Counted from the stretch's first letter, positions 1 to 11,233 are shown. The stretch is 64,000 bases of DNA from a virus (IMGVR_UViG_3300029554_000003:77064-141063), one strand, 5' to 3'. Notes: generated by a model from the letters alone, not told the origin. Numbers and translations are program-made.

Positions 1-1446
1 AATCTAATGCAGTAGATAGTCCATCAATGAATCCATAAAAATCAGAAGAATTACCGAGACTATTGATAATACCTTCAAAAGTAGTCTGTAATTTATTTAA
101 CTTTCCCTGTAATGAATCAACATACTTTTCATTCATTACATCTAGTGTGCCGTTAGCATTTTCAGAACCAGCTTTATACTGATTATATAAGTCTGAACGA
201 TTCATCAATGCTTCAAAACGTGTAAGCTGAAATTTACCAGCAAGCGTTTGACCTACAGCGGCTTTTTGGGTTGCATCAATAGAATCCCAAACTTTCATAA
301 GGTCTTCCATGATGTTGCCAACGCCACGCATCTTGCCATCGCCATCTAAAACCTGTACACCAATTTTATTTAGAGTAGAAGTAACTTTTCCTAAGTCTAC
401 TCCATCATCTAGAGTCTTACCCATTGACAAATCTGAAAAGCGTGCATAAAGTGTTTTTAAGCCGTTACCGATTTGTTCTGGTGCTTCTCGTGTAACAGAT
501 TCGATAGTAGCAATTTGAGCGTTAAGTTGGTCTGTAGAAACTCCAAGCGTAGCTGCTGCTGACGCAGCTTTCTGTGATGCTTCTGCCAACTCTCCAACAT
601 CCGCAGCAGAAATGTTTGCTACGTTAGCCCAAGAATCTAGTGCGGCATTAAGTTTATCAATATTATTATCAAGACCATAAGCATTCATATATGCTGTGAT
701 TTGGTCTGACGTTGTAACAGTGTCTTGCTGAGAAGCATTTGCCAATTTAGTTGACATTTCCGCAAGTTGCTGAGACTTATTCAGGTCAAAACCTTGCTGA
801 CCAAAGATAAGAGTACTATTAGTCATGGCAACAGTTGTAGAGCCAAGAGCCTTAGCAGCTTCGTTGGCTTGTTTAGCATATTGAACCATCGAATCGCGTG
901 AATAATCAGTAACAAGCATAATCTGTGTCAATGAATCATCAAGGTCTTTGGCATATTCAACAGATTGACGAATAGAATCAGTCACGCCGTTAAAAGCACT
1001 TGACATAATGCCCCAACGGACTGTATTACCCATTGTATTAAATAATTTATCTACCATTGAACTGGTACTTTTAATACCGGTATCAATTTTACCTAATTGC
1101 GCAAGGACATCTGTAAAGGCAATTTTACCAGTAGACCCTGCCATAGAAAATGAATTTTGTAAATTACGTAACGAGAGTCCACTGTCATTTAGCTGACTGG
1201 TCAGCTTTGTCATATCGAGCATTCCAATTTTAGTATTAAAGCTCGAATTTAATGCTTTTTGAAACTTTTGAATATTATTGATGGCCGCAGAAACCTGCTT
1301 ATTATCAATAATATCTTGAGATTGCATTTCCTTTAACTGGACAGAAACTTTATTAAGTTCAGTCTGCAATTGAGTCAAACCAGAACGGTCTAATGTAGTT
1401 CGTAGATTATACTCAATAGTATTTGAATATTTACTAATGGTAATCA
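1..1446 (-). CDS. tail tape measure protein, N-terminal ~480 aa (gene continues beyond window start)
   Basis: Not in the ORF track because it runs off the edge. Reverse-strand reading is uninterrupted from ~1446 to position 1. Translation is Q/A/S/N-rich with low complexity (…LNKVSVQLKEMQSQDIIDNKQVSAAINNIQKFQKALNSS…), which is typical of a tape measure protein. It lies downstream of a chaperone-like gene and a terminator. The start codon is uncertain (GTG after an in-frame stop). Confidence 0.5.
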
Positions 1447-1518
1447 CCTACTTTATATCTATATGTACGATTCACAATCGTACCTCCTTTTGTATCTTTA
1501 TTAACGTTAACAAGGCAC

Positions 1519-1553
1519 AAAAAAAGAGCCTACTTTATATAAAAGTAGGCTCA
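1519..1553 (-). terminator. intrinsic terminator after chaperone-like gene
   Basis: Reverse-strand hairpin GAGCCTACTT-tatataa-AAGTAGGCTC followed by a T-run. Confidence 0.5.
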
Positions 1554-1574
1554 TAATAATTATTGAATTTTGTA

Positions 1575-2225
1575 CTAAAGCTCGAACAGAGGACCTTCCT
1601 CTTGTTCATTATTTTCTTTAACCTCTTCATTTTCTGTTGGCACGGTGGCAATATAATCAGTAGCCGCCTTAATTGCATCATTAACTTGTTCAGGAGTTGC
1701 CATAGCACTAACCTTAACTTTTTCTTTTAGTTTACTTTCATCCTTCGGAGTATTATTCATGCCCCACTTGTCAGCAATATCAAGAACTGTCTGAGCATCA
1801 CTTTCATTAAAAGCATCTTTAAAACGATTTACAGTAGACTCAACAATATCACCGCTAAAATTCTGAAATACGGAAAAGACACCACGCATAGATTGTAGAT
1901 ACTTGATATAATCATCAAGCCACACGCTACCAATTCGACCAAGAGCATCCATATCTACCGCAAAGTTTTCATTCATATCTGCGATAGTACCATCAGCCAA
2001 AAGAGCATCCCAAGCATCTAGAATATTATTTGAAACCATGCGGCCAAGCTCTTCCTTACGGTCAGGATATAGAATAATCGCCGCATACGCATATAGCGCA
2101 CGTTCAAAAACAAACTGGTTGACGAAGCCATTATCCTCAGCAGACTGTGCTGCAAAATGGATAATATCATACATGTCTTGTGAGGTCAGCTTTTTAGCTG
2201 TCTCTGTTTCAAAAAGAATTGCCAT
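1575..2225 (-). CDS. tail assembly chaperone-like protein (acidic C-terminus)
   Basis: 216 aa, immediately upstream of the tape measure protein. Acidic C-terminal tail (…ENEEVKENNEQEE…). Assignment by position only. Confidence 0.4.
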   Translation of the reverse strand: MAILFETETAKKLTSQDMYDIIHFAAQSAEDNGFVNQFVFERALYAYAAIILYPDRKEELGRMVSNNILDAWDALLADGTIADMNENFAVDMDALGRIGSVWLDDYIKYLQSMRGVFSVFQNFSGDIVESTVNRFKDAFNESDAQTVLDIADKWGMNNTPKDESKLKEKVKVSAMATPEQVNDAIKAATDYIATVPTENEEVKENNEQEEGPLFEL

Positions 2226-2290
2226 AAAAATCTCCTTTTATCTCTATGCCTATATGGTTATATTATACCATACTTTTAAAATAATGTCAA

Positions 2291-3817
2291 CTAAGATTTA
2301 AAAATATCTGGTGTAAATAAATGACCCATATTAAGTGTAATACTAATCTTAGTATTATTCAATACCTTGTAGGCAAGTTTATTACGATTTAACGCCATGC
2401 GGAAAACATTATCTCCTGTCTGTGACGGCATAACTTTACTTCTTAAAGTACCTAAATCAAACCCTTCAACAAGATAATATTTGTTGCCACCATACTTCAA
2501 AATAGTATCTGAATTATCATAAATCTTTCTAAGAATATCATAAATTGAAAATATCTTATTATTTACAATAAGCAAGGTTGAATAGTCTCCTTGAATACCA
2601 CTACCAGCTATAGCATCCACAAGACTCAAAGCACCAGCCGCCTGCCTGATATTGTACCAGTCCATAGCATTAACAGTAGTACCAAGAGCACCGACAAGGC
2701 TATATCCGTACTGACCAGCGCCGGGCGCAAATGCATTTAATTTTTTGGCTAACTGCTGATATGTCATACTTCTAGCAACAAATCCTTCAACTCCAAGAGC
2801 ACGTGAGCCTGGGCCGCTACCTTGAAATGGCGCACTTTCACGTAATTTGACATTTCCGCCAAATTCAAGCACAATGCCGCCTTTGTTCCAATAAATATGA
2901 ACATCTTCCTTAGATTCTTTGCCTTCAAGAGTATCTGTTATCTGTTGTGCCGTCCAATTGGAATAAAACTTACCATCTGCGGCAGATACCATCTGCTTTA
3001 TCTTTTCATCATTTTCCATAATAAGCTGTTGACCTTCATTTGCGGCAACATTAATTGCATGTGCTTCTGCCATTTCATGAACTGTACCGCCAATAGAGTT
3101 AAAAGCAGCTGCAATAGAATCTGCGGCAGATTGAAAGCTATTCTGAATATCAGCACTGCCACCATCACCGAGAGAAGCAAGAATATCTAGATTTTCTCGT
3201 ACCTTCTCCATTGCAAGAACAATCTTCGTTTCAGACTCCTTGACCATTCCCGCGCTAATGCTTGCATCTGTTGGAATACCTTGTAGGTCTGATGGGACAT
3301 TTCCACTTGTATAATATGCATCAACTAGACGCGCAGCAACTAAGTATTCATAATTAGATGCAAGTGTCCAGATAATATTATTAACAGCTTCATTGACTGC
3401 TGTAGTAATACTGGATACATGAGTCAAACAATCTTGCACGGACGAACTAAATGCGGCACCTACATTTGCTAAACTGACACCATCGACAAAAATATCACCA
3501 GACGTGCTATACGATTTGGCAATACCTTTGCTATCAAAGTTTGCAATGTTTTTCATTGCCGCATCAATATTTTGACCTATTATACCACCATTTGAAATCC
3601 AGTTATCCATCATAGATTTAATCTGTCTACCAGTATATTTTTTACCACTGGCCGCATTTACTTGATTAAATCTTTGAGTAAATGTACTTACTTGACGTTT
3701 CATAATACGATGCATCGTGTCATCGTCAATATCGGCTTGTCCTCTGGCAATAGTATAAGCAAGATATTCTTTACCGCCATTATACGCTTGAATGGCACGC
3801 CAATTAAAATTGCTCAT
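2291..3817 (-). CDS. tail structural protein (sheath- or tube-associated), 508 aa
   Basis: Long ORF with an AGGAGGT RBS, located in the tail module between the putative major tail protein and the chaperone. No motif recognised. Confidence 0.4.
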   Translation of the reverse strand: MSNFNWRAIQAYNGGKEYLAYTIARGQADIDDDTMHRIMKRQVSTFTQRFNQVNAASGKKYTGRQIKSMMDNWISNGGIIGQNIDAAMKNIANFDSKGIAKSYSTSGDIFVDGVSLANVGAAFSSSVQDCLTHVSSITTAVNEAVNNIIWTLASNYEYLVAARLVDAYYTSGNVPSDLQGIPTDASISAGMVKESETKIVLAMEKVRENLDILASLGDGGSADIQNSFQSAADSIAAAFNSIGGTVHEMAEAHAINVAANEGQQLIMENDEKIKQMVSAADGKFYSNWTAQQITDTLEGKESKEDVHIYWNKGGIVLEFGGNVKLRESAPFQGSGPGSRALGVEGFVARSMTYQQLAKKLNAFAPGAGQYGYSLVGALGTTVNAMDWYNIRQAAGALSLVDAIAGSGIQGDYSTLLIVNNKIFSIYDILRKIYDNSDTILKYGGNKYYLVEGFDLGTLRSKVMPSQTGDNVFRMALNRNKLAYKVLNNTKISITLNMGHLFTPDIFKS

Positions 3818-4056
3818 ATTACCTCCTAAATAACATTAGTATATATTGCAATAGCAATATATATTATTGCTATTTAAAAAGAAAAAGGGTGTCCCAGTTA
3901 AGGAACACCCTTTAGCTTATTTAGCTACAGACTTCTTTAACTTAGAAACACTGGGAATAGTTTCATCTACAAAAGTCTTAGTAGTCGAATCAACTGCATT
4001 AGCAGTTACGTCTGAATGTTGTTTGTTAGCCGCAGATTCAGTTGACGTTGCGGCTT

Positions 4057-5130
4057 TTATTCCCCCGCTGTTTCGGAGAAGACAGACTTAGAATACCAAC
4101 TATCTACATCGGAATCCTTTGTACGACCATCGTGACCAAGAACATCCTTATTCTTATAGTTGTGAGTTGTATCAGTCTTGTCAACAACCTGTAGCGTAGC
4201 CATAACCTTCTTCTTTTTGTTGAATTTTGTATAGGCAGGCATACAGTCAATAGTGAATGTAAATGTTGATGGGTCACCATTATTAGCCATAGAGAACGTA
4301 AAGTTACTCTGGATTTTACCACGAGGAATGATAAATTCAGCAGGAAGGTCTACGCCAGTCTCTTCATCACGGAAAAGGGTAGACGCTTCGATATAATAGT
4401 AACCAGCAAAGTTCTCAGCATCAATCTGCATCTCATAGGCTTCATCGTAATGAACCTCATAGCAGTCAATACGTACAGTGTCGCCAGCCTTTACAGCAGC
4501 ATCCTGCTTACTATCGCCGGGAGTATCGGCAGCAAGCTGGAAAGCAATTGTCTTACCTTCGGCTTCAATTTCACCGTGGTCACCAAGAGTAGCGGCAGTC
4601 AGTGTTTTGCCATCATTAATAACAAAAACCTGCTTGTCGGTAACAGCAGAAAGATAATTAGCTTGAGCACCAGCACTATCGAGAGTAACAGGATAGATAG
4701 GAGCTTCTTTTGTAACGATGATAGTCGCACCATTACGGTCTTCATCAGTTAGCTTAGCGATAATTTTATCATCAGAAGTTTCAGCAACCATATCATATGT
4801 AGCATGGACATAGATAGGAGTCTTATTTTCATCAGTCTTCTTGCCATGTACTAGACCAGCACCAGACAGCATAGCGAAGCTGGTAGGACTCATTAGAGAA
4901 TCCTCAAGAGTCAAGGTAAGAGTCTTCTCACCATCCCAGGCGATTAGACGAGGATTACCTTTGCCACCTTGTGCATAAACAGTGGTAGCAGCACCTTCAA
5001 GGCTAGAAGTCTTGGCGGTGTCAATATAAAGCATAGGCTGACCAGCATCGAAGTGCTGGTCACCGAGGTCTACGGATGTAAGAGGCTTGAAGACTACATC
5101 GCAGATTTCTCGCACGCCAAATCTATTCAT
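4057..5130 (-). CDS. putative major tail protein
   Basis: 357 aa with an AGGAGA RBS. It follows the head-tail joining genes and precedes the chaperone and tape measure protein. Composition is beta-rich. Assignment by position only. Confidence 0.4.
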   Translation of the reverse strand: MNRFGVREICDVVFKPLTSVDLGDQHFDAGQPMLYIDTAKTSSLEGAATTVYAQGGKGNPRLIAWDGEKTLTLTLEDSLMSPTSFAMLSGAGLVHGKKTDENKTPIYVHATYDMVAETSDDKIIAKLTDEDRNGATIIVTKEAPIYPVTLDSAGAQANYLSAVTDKQVFVINDGKTLTAATLGDHGEIEAEGKTIAFQLAADTPGDSKQDAAVKAGDTVRIDCYEVHYDEAYEMQIDAENFAGYYYIEASTLFRDEETGVDLPAEFIIPRGKIQSNFTFSMANNGDPSTFTFTIDCMPAYTKFNKKKKVMATLQVVDKTDTTHNYKNKDVLGHDGRTKDSDVDSWYSKSVFSETAGE

Positions 5131-5237
5131 AGATTTCTCCTTACATTTAGGAATTTGTATACATTTTCCTTAGTCATAGAAACATAACGCGCTAATTTCT
5201 ATGTCTATTATATAACGCGGCAAAACCACGATTATAC

Positions 5238-6008
5238 TCAATAAATACCGTTCATCCAATTATCAGGCTCGTCCATCTTGCTAACATCCATCATAGGAGT
5301 AGTAGCTACCTTCTGATATAAGTCATATGCCATCTTAATTGTATACCTCTTAATACTATCAAACAACTGAAATGGAGTATAATTATATATGACATTAATA
5401 TCAATTGCCAAACCAATAGAAAGAGCAGAAGCATAATTGCCAAAGATACTATTAGCTTTCTTCTTATCTTTATCGCTCTTTATCTGATTTCGTATTTCTC
5501 GACCACGTTGAAGTTTGGCCGCAATTTCGGCAGCTGCATCATTAGCAGGATTAAATTCTTCTTCATACTTATCAGTGCCTACTGGCAAAAATAATTCTTT
5601 CAATGTAATTCTGAAATTTTCAAAATTCATAGGATTAAGTTGCCCTACTATCGGTCCATTTTCCTGTACTCTAAAATTGATACACCCAGCGTCATATTCA
5701 ATTATATAATTAGGAAAAATAAGGCCGAAAAGGTTATCTACATTTCTTTTAGTGTTTTCGTCCTGTTGGATGATTACTAATAATATTTGAAAATCGTCCA
5801 TATATCCTAATTGACTTTTGCCCACGTTTTTCATTTCTGCGGCAAGTTCTTTCGCCTTGACAAAAAGTTCAATTGACATAAGAAACGAATCTTCACCAAA
5901 AGCACAAATATCTTTAATAGACGGTTGCGAGATAGCAACATTTGCTCCCGCAACCGTCACTGGCATTCCAGAAAGATATTTACCTAAATCTCCTTGTAAC
6001 TCTGACAT
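5238..6008 (-). CDS. hypothetical virion/neck protein
   Basis: 256 aa ORF in the structural operon, translationally coupled to the upstream gene. Confidence 0.4.
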   Translation of the reverse strand: MSELQGDLGKYLSGMPVTVAGANVAISQPSIKDICAFGEDSFLMSIELFVKAKELAAEMKNVGKSQLGYMDDFQILLVIIQQDENTKRNVDNLFGLIFPNYIIEYDAGCINFRVQENGPIVGQLNPMNFENFRITLKELFLPVGTDKYEEEFNPANDAAAEIAAKLQRGREIRNQIKSDKDKKKANSIFGNYASALSIGLAIDINVIYNYTPFQLFDSIKRYTIKMAYDLYQKVATTPMMDVSKMDEPDNWMNGIY

Positions 6009-6020
6009 GCTGCACCAGCT

Positions 6021-6632
6021 TTATAAATCTTGCGGCGCAGGCTTAGTATTATCAATATTCTGTGAATCATCGGCTTCGCTATGGCTGGCTGAGTATCGTA
6101 GCATTACGCCACCTAAATATTCATTTAAAACAAGCTGTTGCGCACCTAAGAATTGTAGCTTGCCTATGCCAGATAGACGAGTATCATTCATAATACCGTC
6201 AATATATCCAGCAATCATCCAAGGACGCAATTGATAGTCATCTAGTTCCCAATAGTCAAGTTGTGAGATAATCGTAAAGCTAATAACGCAATTGCGATAG
6301 CGAGGATTCTCAGAAGGAGAAAAATCATCAAAGTCTAACATGATATAAGATTTAACTTCTTCATGTTCTCCAAAAGAGAGCTTGGGAGTAGCCTTGATAT
6401 ATTGATTATCATGTAGGTCTTTAATAGTATATTGTTCAATCTTACGCTGATATTGGTCTTGTGTCCTATCAAGACAATCAGGCGTATTAATAATAAGTAA
6501 CTTTTTCAGCATATCGCTGTAAGGCCTACTTTCAACAAAAAGTTTTCGCCAAATGGTTTCTTGGTCTTCTGCATGAGAAAGAAAAGTAGACTTATAATTA
6601 GTTCGTAAGATATTAGAAGCAACGTGTTTCAT
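6021..6632 (-). CDS. hypothetical virion/neck protein
   Basis: 203 aa ORF, tightly packed in the structural operon. Confidence 0.4.
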   Translation of the reverse strand: MKHVASNILRTNYKSTFLSHAEDQETIWRKLFVESRPYSDMLKKLLIINTPDCLDRTQDQYQRKIEQYTIKDLHDNQYIKATPKLSFGEHEEVKSYIMLDFDDFSPSENPRYRNCVISFTIISQLDYWELDDYQLRPWMIAGYIDGIMNDTRLSGIGKLQFLGAQQLVLNEYLGGVMLRYSASHSEADDSQNIDNTKPAPQDL

Positions 6633-6646
6633 GTAACCTCCAATCC

Positions 6647-7783
6647 TTATAACGATTTAATCTTAACTGGTACATCTGTCTCAACATCACCATATGCCGC
6701 ATGGATAACAAATTTACCTTTCTTGCCAGATATAATTTCTACCTTGCAAGAATCATTGTTGGAATCTATAATCTTAGCCATAGATTCATCATCAATAGAG
6801 AATGTAGCTTTTTCACCTTCTGAGAGTTTCTTAATCCAATAGGTGTGAATATCATATGGATAAACCTCTTGCGGTCCTTGAATTAAAGGATTCTGCCATT
6901 CGATAATTACTGTCTGGAAGAAATCTCCATAGCAAATATCAAACGTTTTTACCGCACCCGCATACACTTTAACTTTACACATGCGGCCATTCTCATATTC
7001 CTCAAGTATTTTGACTCTTGGATTATTCTTGACTTCCCAATGAATCTTTGGGTCATATGCTTCATTTAAGATAGCATATCCAACAACAGAATTTTGTTTA
7101 GCCGTTGTCGCACCGCTAATAACATTGATGGGTGTAGTTTCGTCTTTGAGAATACTGGGTAGCTCTGCGATGCTGTTATCATAATACTCTTGGATTTCAA
7201 GCTCTAAAATACCCGGTACTGTAATCGAATCTGTAACTTGTACTTCCCATGTATGTCCAGCAAGTTTGATGTGAGTAAAACGATGAAAAAAGTCTCTAGT
7301 ATTTTCATCATTCTTAATATAGATGCGGCCAGACAGATTAAGTTCATTGATGTTAATATTATTCTTAATGAACCAACGAAGGTCTGTTTCTACAGGGCCA
7401 CGCATATATACCCAATATTCTTGACCATTTACGTCAAGCGTGTAATCACAGCGAATAATCTCAGACCGCAGATAAGCCGTCTCTGTAATCACTGGAAGAT
7501 AGACCATCCAATGAGTTCCGCTATCTAACAGTTCAAAAGTTTCACCAGCTTTTAGGCCGCTCTTGAAATCGACAGAGATATACTTCTTGTCATAATCCGC
7601 CTTCAAACCTCCTGACATGGAATTGATAAGACAAGGCCAAGACTGATTATTGAATTTAATCATTCTCTTATTATAGTCATTCTTTAAAGCTGCTTGAAAA
7701 GACCTATATTTAGACTGATTAATTCTTCCCATGTTATCGCCGCCGAGATATTGTAAGCGAGCACCTAATGTCTGAATACTCAT
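6647..7783 (-). CDS. hypothetical virion protein (378 aa)
   Basis: Long ORF in the head-tail joining region. Overlaps the upstream gene by 4 nt, suggesting translational coupling. Confidence 0.45.
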   Translation of the reverse strand: MSIQTLGARLQYLGGDNMGRINQSKYRSFQAALKNDYNKRMIKFNNQSWPCLINSMSGGLKADYDKKYISVDFKSGLKAGETFELLDSGTHWMVYLPVITETAYLRSEIIRCDYTLDVNGQEYWVYMRGPVETDLRWFIKNNININELNLSGRIYIKNDENTRDFFHRFTHIKLAGHTWEVQVTDSITVPGILELEIQEYYDNSIAELPSILKDETTPINVISGATTAKQNSVVGYAILNEAYDPKIHWEVKNNPRVKILEEYENGRMCKVKVYAGAVKTFDICYGDFFQTVIIEWQNPLIQGPQEVYPYDIHTYWIKKLSEGEKATFSIDDESMAKIIDSNNDSCKVEIISGKKGKFVIHAAYGDVETDVPVKIKSL

Positions 7784-8100
7784 AGGCTCTCCATAACATC
7801 GTTGGCGATATTGCAGGCTTCAAAAATCATACGGCGAAAGAGCATAAATTCAATATCTTTACCTTGCTCTTTGATACCTTGCAGTTTATATACGAGTTGA
7901 TAAAGTTTTGGCGCATTAGGTGTTACAAGAGCCATACCTGTAATCTCAATAACTAGAGTATCTAATGGCTTAATCCAATCTTTACCATCCTCGAATGTAG
8001 GTAGAAGTTTAAAAATTTGATTTGTGATGCGTTCTAGACTATCCTTAACATTTTCTACCTGATAGTCTAGAATCCTATCATCTATTACCATTAACGCCAT
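7780..8100 (-). CDS. hypothetical head-tail connector protein
   Basis: 106 aa, ATGA-type overlap with the neighbouring gene. Confidence 0.4.
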   Translation of the reverse strand: MALMVIDDRILDYQVENVKDSLERITNQIFKLLPTFEDGKDWIKPLDTLVIEITGMALVTPNAPKLYQLVYKLQGIKEQGKDIEFMLFRRMIFEACNIANDVMESL

Positions 8101-8101
8101 A

Positions 8102-8611
8102 TTATTTCACTGGCTCCATAATCATACCAAAAGAAGAACGAACATGGCCTTTCTTATCAACATACCTGCGGCAATAGACTCGTTGAGCGTGAAAGGCTTT
8201 CTGCTCATACTCCTGTTTCATCGTGATAAGTGAACGCATATGATTGGCCTGAGACGTAAATGAAAAGTCTGAACTTGAATACTTCTGACGAATAAGGTCA
8301 ACTGTGGCAAGTTGATAACTAATCCATTCCGCAATCATATAATAACGGATGATAATTTTTTCCTCTACTGTAAGGCAAGTAGAGAAACATTTATTTTCAT
8401 AATCTAAAGTAAATGGGTGCGCCCAATGCGGGAACTCAAATTTAGGAACTGCCGCAATCAAAATTTCTTCAAGCAGCTTTTCAGTATCCTCTTTTGTAAG
8501 TTCCATAAACATATCATCGGTAACGCCCGCTAGGAAAAATTCATACATCTCCTGAAAAGAAGTTGGAGGTATGACTTCCATATCTTTATCAATATCTATA
8601 TCTTGTGGCAT
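8102..8611 (-). CDS. hypothetical head completion protein
   Basis: 169 aa ORF in the structural operon. Confidence 0.4.
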   Translation of the reverse strand: MPQDIDIDKDMEVIPPTSFQEMYEFFLAGVTDDMFMELTKEDTEKLLEEILIAAVPKFEFPHWAHPFTLDYENKCFSTCLTVEEKIIIRYYMIAEWISYQLATVDLIRQKYSSSDFSFTSQANHMRSLITMKQEYEQKAFHAQRVYCRRYVDKKGHVRSSFGMIMEPVK

Positions 8612-8637
8612 TTGGCAAACCTCCTACTTATTTTATA

Positions 8638-9207
8638 TTACTCGGTAGTTGTCTTAACGCGGCGCTTACGCGGTTCGGCATCTTTTTGAACTCGGCGTTG
8701 ACGTGGTTTATCAGCAACATTGGTATCACTATTATCATAAGCATGATTATTCTTAATAGCGGCATCAATATTGACACCTGTTTTATCCGCAATGGCCTTA
8801 ATCTTAGCGCGGTCATTAATTTCAAGTTTAATTGCATCATCTTTAAGAGTCTCAATAATGCCTTGCGGCGCAAAATCAAGAGCGTCCAAGAGTACATCAA
8901 TATCGTCTTCAAGCAAGCACTTCTTTACATTTGCTTCTGTCCAATCATATTCAATTGCATCATAAGGAACACCAAATTCTGCGGCAAGTGACTTATTGCC
9001 AACATTAATATAATTCTGTAGAAGAATTGAACCGCCGGGGCTGAAAAACAGCTCGCGCAGTTCACCTGCTGTAACACGCATAGTAACATCAGGCATAAGA
9101 CGGCGTGAACGGCCAGAAGAAGGGAGAATGTACCCAGTTTGGCAGTTTACAATACTGCGGATAGGAACTAGTGTATCATCGCTAATTAGTTCAACTTCAT
9201 TACTCAT
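8638..9207 (-). CDS. hypothetical head-tail adaptor protein
   Basis: 189 aa ORF with a basic C-terminus, downstream of the capsid genes. Confidence 0.4.
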   Translation of the reverse strand: MSNEVELISDDTLVPIRSIVNCQTGYILPSSGRSRRLMPDVTMRVTAGELRELFFSPGGSILLQNYINVGNKSLAAEFGVPYDAIEYDWTEANVKKCLLEDDIDVLLDALDFAPQGIIETLKDDAIKLEINDRAKIKAIADKTGVNIDAAIKNNHAYDNSDTNVADKPRQRRVQKDAEPRKRRVKTTTE

Positions 9208-9272
9208 ATTATATTTTCTCCTTTTAAATCTTAAAAAAAGAAGGGGCGCTCTGCGTCCCTTCCAATAATTAA

Positions 9273-10175
9273 TTATTTGAAATTAACAACGGGGTCGTTA
9301 ACTCCATCAGCAAGGATTCCCTGCGTATCGGCATATACATAATATACCTTATCCATTCCTTCACCTTTTTCCATGAGCTTCTTAGAGCCACGAACAAGGT
9401 TGTCAAAATTGATTGTAAACTTAGAAAAATCCTGCTTGCTGCAAGCCTTAGAATAATCCTGTAGCAGCATGAAAGCAGTATAACCATCAGCATTTGGCAT
9501 ATCACTATTAAATGAATACGTGGTATCCTTAAAGTTAAAGATGGCAGAGACATTCTTAGGATTGCTCAAACGAATTGGGTTATTGCTTACATCAATATCT
9601 TCAAATACGTTACCCACAAAGTTTACGGTAGCACCTTCAGCAAGATTATAAAGGCTTACGCCGTTATTCTTTAGCTTACCCTTGAACGTATTGTTCTTAA
9701 AGGTTACATCCGCAATATCACGTGCGTTGCTGATGCTAAACTCAACCATATTGTAAATATTCTTATTACCAGCATCGAATACGTTGTTCTCAAATACAAT
9801 CTTGCCAGAAGTCATGACAGATAGTGCAGTGCGGGTAGTACCTGAAATTTCACTATTCTTTAGTGTAAAAGGCTTTGTACCGTTAACCTTGACGGCAAGT
9901 GTCTTGTCATTAGCATCTGCGCCAGTAGCTACAAGTTTGACATTATCAAGTGTGACTGCCGCGTCTGAAACCGCTACTGGTTTTTCAAATGCTACGCCGT
10001 TACCCTTAACGGTAATGTCATTGCTAAAAGTTACAGGCTCTTCGATTGCAGCGGTTCCCGCTGGGACAAACAGTGTACCACCAGCGGGAACATTTGCGAT
10101 TGCTTCTGAGACAGTATCATAATCGCCAGCATTTACCTCGTCTTTCCCAGGTGTGGGAGGTTCTGGGTCAGGCAT
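9273..10175 (-). CDS. putative capsid decoration/fibre protein with beta-helix-like repeats
   Basis: 300 aa, immediately after the major capsid gene. Repetitive N/G/V-rich segments (…VTFKNNTFKGKLKNNGVSLYNLAEGATVNFVGNVF…). Confidence 0.35.
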   Translation of the reverse strand: MPDPEPPTPGKDEVNAGDYDTVSEAIANVPAGGTLFVPAGTAAIEEPVTFSNDITVKGNGVAFEKPVAVSDAAVTLDNVKLVATGADANDKTLAVKVNGTKPFTLKNSEISGTTRTALSVMTSGKIVFENNVFDAGNKNIYNMVEFSISNARDIADVTFKNNTFKGKLKNNGVSLYNLAEGATVNFVGNVFEDIDVSNNPIRLSNPKNVSAIFNFKDTTYSFNSDMPNADGYTAFMLLQDYSKACSKQDFSKFTINFDNLVRGSKKLMEKGEGMDKVYYVYADTQGILADGVNDPVVNFK

Positions 10176-10186
10176 TGGCGTTGGGT

Positions 10187-11233
10187 TTAGCGAGTTGCTT
10201 TTTTTAGTGCTGTGTTCTGATAAGAGCAGATAGAAGGATTAGAGAATACAGCGACACCAAACTTCTTGTAAGTTTGGAGGTCGGTTGACCAATCGTCATT
10301 ATCAGAGACGGTACGAACAGCAGTCTGACCCTCGAATACAATCTTGACTGGCTTTTCACCAACAGAAGCGAAAATATAAGCCTGAGAGGGGTCAACAACC
10401 TTTTCGGCATTGGTTTCATCAACCATAGACTGTTGGAGGATAATTACAGGGTGCCCCTTGTAATCAGCAAAGAAGCCCTTGCGGAAAAGCTCTTCTTTCA
10501 TAGAATCAGAAGCCCAGTCAGCAGAAGCAGGCTTCATAGTAGAAGCGAACTCACGAGTGCAGTAGATGGTAGAAGTGCCGTTGCCATAAGCATCGGAAAT
10601 GGCAAGCAGTTCGTCCATCTTAGTCTCGTCAAAGCCAGCACCGACATACTTGTTAGCAGTAGGAAGCTGTTCGACAGTCTGGGTCAGAGCCTTTAGGATT
10701 TCAGCGTAAATGTATTCATCGACACCTTCAAGCATGATATTGGTGAAGTCGGCGAATGAATAGCGACCATCAAGGAATTCCTCGAAGCCGATGCGAATAG
10801 CATAACCAATGGCGCTAGTAGCAACTTCGAGTTCCTTACCATCAAGCATCATTGTCTCGTAACGACCAGCAAGGCCAACACGAGTTACGAAAGCCTTGGC
10901 ACGCTTACGAGCAGCTTCAGTAATGCGGAGCTTGAAAACGGCCTTATCGCCCTGAGCGACTGTCTGAACATCAGCAAACTGCTCAAATTGCTGCATAACC
11001 TTGACGGGAAGAATCTCGTCAATTGTGTTTTCAATTAGTTCATAGACAGCGACCTCGTTGCGACGGAAGAGACGATAATCGCCAGCAAGTAGATTGAACT
11101 GTTCACGAAGAGTACGGTTAACGGTATCAACGTCAAATGATTCCTCGTTGCCATTTACTGAAAAAGTAAGGGGAGCATTCTTGGTAGCGGCACGAGCGAG
11201 CTTTTTAAGTTCGTCAAATTTCATTAGTTCCAT
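10187..11233 (-). CDS. major capsid protein
   Basis: 348 aa, positioned after the scaffold and portal genes. Size and position fit an HK97-fold major capsid protein. AGGAG RBS. Confidence 0.5.
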   Translation of the reverse strand: MELMKFDELKKLARAATKNAPLTFSVNGNEESFDVDTVNRTLREQFNLLAGDYRLFRRNEVAVYELIENTIDEILPVKVMQQFEQFADVQTVAQGDKAVFKLRITEAARKRAKAFVTRVGLAGRYETMMLDGKELEVATSAIGYAIRIGFEEFLDGRYSFADFTNIMLEGVDEYIYAEILKALTQTVEQLPTANKYVGAGFDETKMDELLAISDAYGNGTSTIYCTREFASTMKPASADWASDSMKEELFRKGFFADYKGHPVIILQQSMVDETNAEKVVDPSQAYIFASVGEKPVKIVFEGQTAVRTVSDNDDWSTDLQTYKKFGVAVFSNPSICSYQNTALKKATR

